This document shows, piece by piece, positions 58,939-64,000 of a DNA stretch of 64,000 bases; position 1 is the first letter of the stretch; each line of letters opens with the position of its first letter. This stretch comes from Octopus vulgaris (Eukaryota). The position numbers were made by a program, and so were the translations under genes. The DNA is taken from contig OX597816.1 in assembly GCA_951406725.2 (NCBI GenBank), positions 92,504,001 to 92,568,000 of the forward strand. Direction: 5' to 3'. The notes beneath the pieces were generated by a model. That model saw nothing but the letters and a program-made list of their open reading frames with translations, was not told the origin of the DNA and made no database searches.

Positions 58939-60168
58939 TTTGTATATATGTATTCATGTATGGATATTTCTGCACCTGCCTGTGTATGTGTGTGTGCGTC
59001 TGTGTGCGCAAGAGAGAAATATAACGCAGCGATTAGAAAACGTCACAGATTTTGGCATGCAATTTAGTTGTAAGATGTCAGAAGCATCATGTAGAAAAGT
59101 GGAAGTTTTCTAACGTTATAAATTGCGCTGCTATTCAATCATTCCTACACATCGAACAAACCAATCTTGAAGTATAATAGACAAATCAAACTGACAAGCG
59201 CCATCAGAAGAAAAACAGATTCAATTGTACCGAGTATTGGAACATGACATAACGTAGCTGTTAAAGAGCCGTCCTTAGTCTATTCATGTGATTATTCTCA
59301 TATTTTTTGTTTTATATTTGTCTTTATTCATAGTTCTAGCTGAGCATTGGAACATTAGTTTTGATGATAATTACGGTAGAACTAAATTTTTAATGTATTG
59401 ATGCGCAAAGCTCTGATACAGAGAACTTCATATTTTATTTTATTTTTGCCTTCATCATAGATTTTACTCGGCAATGTGACACATAGCCGTGCCTCGAACT
59501 AATTATGTAATTACAACAATTGAATTTTAGTTTTCATCTCCACTACCATGAATGTGTGTGTATTTGTTGGAAAGTATATGAGTATGTGTGAGTGTGATTT
59601 TTTATATGCGCGTTTATGTGTGTTAATGTGTTTGTGAGTTTCCGTTCTCTACTTACCTTTGTTCAAATCGTTCAATTAAAATAATGGATTGTTTCCGTCT
59701 TGTAGATTTCCACTTAGTCTGATTGGTTTTCCAAGAAATTCGCTCAATATTGAAATAATGTTAATGTCATCTAAATTGTAATCATGCATGCTTCACACGG
59801 CAGAACAGTAAATATTGACGTTGAAGCAATCCTGTTATTAATATTATAGCAAATACCAGTCCATAAGTAATTATCAATAACTTTAACTTGATTACTGAAG
59901 AAAAAATTTTTTAAAGTGATAACGGCTTTTTTCTCTTTGTTACAAAAAGTCGCGTCTAGCGAGAATATATGATGAGAAGCAGTGACAAAATATATAATCT
60001 AAATGATTTTTCGGCAAATTAGCAGTAATATATTAATTCGTTATCTTTCTGACTATGTGTGTGTGTGTGTGTATGTGTGTGTGTGTAAGTGCGTGTGTGT
60101 GCGCGGAGGGTGAGGATAATAAGTTTGCAAAATTCGCGTTCATTTCCTAAATATCATTAGCCTTTTCT

Positions 60169-60360
60169 TGTATAGGCACAAGGCCTGAACTTTGGAGCAG
60201 TGGGTTAGTCGTTTACATCGGCCCAAGTGCGTAAATGGTACTTATTTTATCGATCCCAAAGGATGAAAGGCAAAGTCGATCGCTATGGAATTTGAACTCA
60301 GAACGTTAAGACGGATGAAATGCTTCTGAGCATCTAGTCCGGCATTCTAACGGTTCTATC
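60169..60360 (-). mobile_element. tRNA-SINE with MetaSINE-like domain
   Basis: ggtacttattttatcgatcccaaaggatgaaaggc. Confidence 0.75.
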
Positions 60361-60789
60361 ATTAATTCAAGATTGAAAGAGCTCTTGAAGATATTTTGAT
60401 ATATAAAATCATTCAATATGTGCGAAAAACGCCGGAACATACTGGGAATTTGTAGTCATGCCAATTAATTGCCCGTCCTTGCGTCTCAGTCTATCTCAGT
60501 GCATGGATGCTTACACACATGTACACACACACAGCGCGGGCGCGCAAATAAAAGTATCCATTCAGTGCTAAGAACGTTCTAAGTGGCTATAGCGAGTTCC
60601 TCCTTCCCGGTCTTCATCTACATACATTCGCCAAAGTACACCTGCTCACGTGCAAGCGCACCACGTTTATTTGGCCGTTCATACAAACACAATAACGCAC
60701 ACTAAGAAGCGTAGGGATTAGCACATAATATATATGAGTATAATATATATATTATTCGTGTGTGTATGTGTGCTTGTGTGTGTGTTTGT

Positions 60790-60865
<76 letters not shown>

Positions 60866-61076
60866 CGTTTGAATTGGTGTAAAGATTTTATATATTAAGA
60901 AAGAGAGGGTAGTCAGATTTGTGGATAATTTTTTTTATTAGCACAAATCGTGTTAGTGAATTCTCGTAGCTTTGAGATAATGCGAGATAAAGACTTTCTC
61001 GCTTTTATTCAAGTGTAAATACCATGGGTTGTTTTTCAATATTTGAAGTGAAGTGTGTCTATTAGTATTTACCAAA

Positions 61077-62030
61077 ATGGCGTCAGCACGTAGCGATTCC
61101 CGCTTTGAAGGTTTAACACTTGACGATGTACAAAATGTAAAAGGAAGCAAGGGTTATTTATCTTCGGATGAATCAGATATTGATGTTAATGAATTTTCGT
61201 CGGACGAGGAAGAATCTTTTGATAGCAAAAGTCCAGAAAATATTTAGGGTGAAATTCAAAACATGACGGCAACATAGTCGAAAATTACAACACCAATCAC
61301 AATTCACGATTTCGTACAAAAGGCTAGTATACAAGATATATTATCAGATACTCAACATGTGGACTATTTTAAAAAAAAATTTACCTGAAGGTGTTTTCAA
61401 AACTTGTTGCAGAGGAAACCCCATGAGATTAAAACCAACAAATTAAAAAAAGATGCGAACACAAAATTTGCTAATTATCTTGTACAAGGACAATAGGCAG
61501 ATTTCATTTTTGCCAACCAATGAACAGCCAGTTGTTGGAACTGACGGGGTAATGCAAAGTACATAATCCATATATTAAAAACATACGTTATGTGGATACA
61601 TCTGACTGGTATTGAGCATACTACTCAGTTGAATAACCTGGAAAAAATGGTGGAGGCACACCTTGTGTATTTTACTTAATTCAAATATTGTTAATTCGTA
61701 TATTTTATATATTAAAATTTACAAGGTAGCTCCATCACCAAAGGCCTACTGCCACATGAAATTTCGGGTTGATATTGCGTCTTAGTTACGTGGTAGGTTT
61801 TCTTCCGGAAAGCACACAGCTGAAAGATGCGGAAAATTAACTGAGATGGATATCAACAGAGAAAATATTGACTTCCATAAAATGGAAATACATCGAAAAT
61901 CGAAAGATTATAGACTATGTTCATTTCAAAACAGAAAAACAGCTAATTGGTATCAAGTTGAAACTTTTCTTATGTGTTTATTTCGCAAAGTAACCTTGTA
62001 TAAGAGGTGATTTAAACAATTCCATGACAG
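61077..62030 (+). pseudogene. piggyBac-like transposase relic, internally deleted
   Basis: Acidic N-terminus SSDESDIDVNEFSSDEEES; DYF...LVAEET; YVDTSDWY*AYY; C-terminal LCSF...ETFLMCLFRKVTLYKR*FKQFH. Confidence 0.7.
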
Positions 62031-62033
62031 CAA

Positions 62034-62546
62034 TCTATATATATAAAACTCTAGTTGTCTGAGTGTCTGTCCCCTTCGATTTAGATTCCTAACTACTCCC
62101 ACATTTTGCGGTGCAGTTTAACCAAATTCGGGTATCTTATAGTCGTGATTCATATCGAGCCCGTCTGGCTATTAGCGCGCATCTACGATGAGTCTACGAT
62201 TTTAAAAATAATTTAACATCATTTTTTATTCCATTTTAATGCATAACTTTTCGTGTGTCGATGGCGGCGGAGTTAGCGTCCACGCTCACATCTGCACCTG
62301 TTTGCTTCTACCCCTTTTTCCCTCCCTCGTGAAGCTGTGGGGAAGGGAGTGTAAGGAAATCAACGTCGTAAAGCGTTGTCAAGGAGACCAGCGTTCTTTT
62401 AGAACAACGACTTCATGGCTTGAAGACACCAAAACAGAAATGGCTAAGAAAGCCCGAATTGGCATCTATAAGGGAAGTAACTCTCTAAAAATGCTTATAT
62501 AGTTATTTCCCTTACAAACCGGAGCAACGCCGGGCGATACTGCTAG
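62034..62546 (+). mobile_element. Non-autonomous Helitron
   Basis: A|TC 5' end; imperfect 3' hairpin ccggagcaacgccgg; CTAG|T. Confidence 0.88.
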
Positions 62547-63954
62547 TATAGCATAATTGTATTTTACTTTCCTTTTATTGCAAATAATATATGAAGATGA
62601 GAAATACATATTAAGTTTCAGTAATTACACACCTGTATTCACCTATGTCCCACGTGTAACACGTGAGCTTTCTTAGTAGATATATTCTGTTATGTAAATG
62701 CACTCATTAAATTGTATAGAAGTACATTGTCAATATTATATTGACTAGTTTTGTACTTCATTTTCAATGAAAATTTTTGAATGAAATATAGAGAAAAAAT
62801 AAAATCTTGTACTGATTATAATGGCATTTTAATTACTTCAAATCAATGCACTTGATTTTGAAAAGTGGTAAAATTGTCCAGGGATGAAATCTGGGATAAT
62901 TTTAGTAACAAATCAAACAGTTAAGATACATGAAAGGTTTCAATTTTAATGTTTATCAATAAAGTTATTGCTTTTACACCTGTTAAATAATGTTACCTAC
63001 GTATAGACGTCATCTTTAACCAAAGAGATCAGCTAAAATTACATGACTGTAAGCGTTTGGAATTTAAGCCACTCCTCTTGAATCTGATCAAATGAATATA
63101 ATGTGAATATATAAGCATTATAGGTGACAGATTAATCTGACTACTAAAGGTCTAAAGAGACTGAAAGGCATGAATTACCCTGCCTCTAGATTTCGTCAGT
63201 TGAACGCCTGATGGAGAATAAGCAATACTATATTTTTGGATTGTTTGACAATCCAAGAAGGGAAAGCCGTTTCCTTAAACAATGCATTTACTGAACAGGC
63301 ATGGTCACATCCGCATTATTTTCTTATTGGAAACAAACAGCCGTCTGTCATTATATGTGCGTATCTCACCGTTGCTGCTAACATCTTCCATGGATATTAT
63401 GTATTGGTTTAAGCAATCTCCTTTTTCACTAGCAGCCTCTGGATTGGCGGGAAATTAGTTAAAAAAGTTGTAGAAGAAATGTAGTTAAATGCTCATAATA
63501 TCCTAGTTTCTTGCAGGGAAAATATCATATTTAAGGAGTGTTCATAGTTTTCTAGTGATTTCCTTCTCATTAAAATTTTCACAACTTCTGTTACACGTGG
63601 GTTTTTCCCAACGAGATTAACTTAAACTTACAAGTCGGTCATTTTTCATTAATGTTCCTCTCATAGGCTCATTAAATATATACTCCTTTAATTTCTCACA
63701 GGAAATTATCCACATAAAATAGAAAATCGAAGTGATTTAAGAAGGAGCAAATGCTTGCAAAAATTACTGGGCCCATTAAAAAGATTTAGCATGTAACAAG
63801 TTGTATTTATCTTCTGGTTTTGATAAATTTAATTAATATTAACCTTGGGCCGAAGGGTCAGTAATGAAGCAGAAGATTCGTCTTCTCGCTGCGACACTCA
63901 CAAAAAAACATAAACTATCATGAAACACTATATATATATATATATATATATCGG

Positions 63955-63994
<40 letters not shown>

Positions 63995-64000
63995 ATAATA

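Noticed and set aside
60430-60720. GC-richer patch with CACGTG, possible promoter
   Set aside because: No linked gene; motifs too short

Overview
AT-rich, microsatellite-dense eukaryotic DNA with no recognisable host exon; the SINE set resembles octopod cephalopods (inference from recall). Most ORF-track entries are microsatellite translations. The window is a transposon graveyard: mariner/Tc1, piggyBac, Helitron and Helentron-like elements, L1/Tx1-, RTE-, CR1-like and probable REL-type LINE relics, and many tRNA-derived SINEs. The main signal is about 15 type I hammerhead-ribozyme (HHR) motifs from about 9 unrelated sequence families, folded by eye. They lie in short non-coding elements, mostly in or next to (TA)n or (AAT)n tracts, built as partial tandem repeats with inverted fold-back 5' copies, as expected for Penelope-like-element (PLE) pLTRs or non-autonomous retrozymes. 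One element begins within 1 nt of its own predicted cleavage site, two families carry a CCGANGA core variant, and one places a tRNA-derived Pol III head upstream of a minimal HHR. No computation was run.
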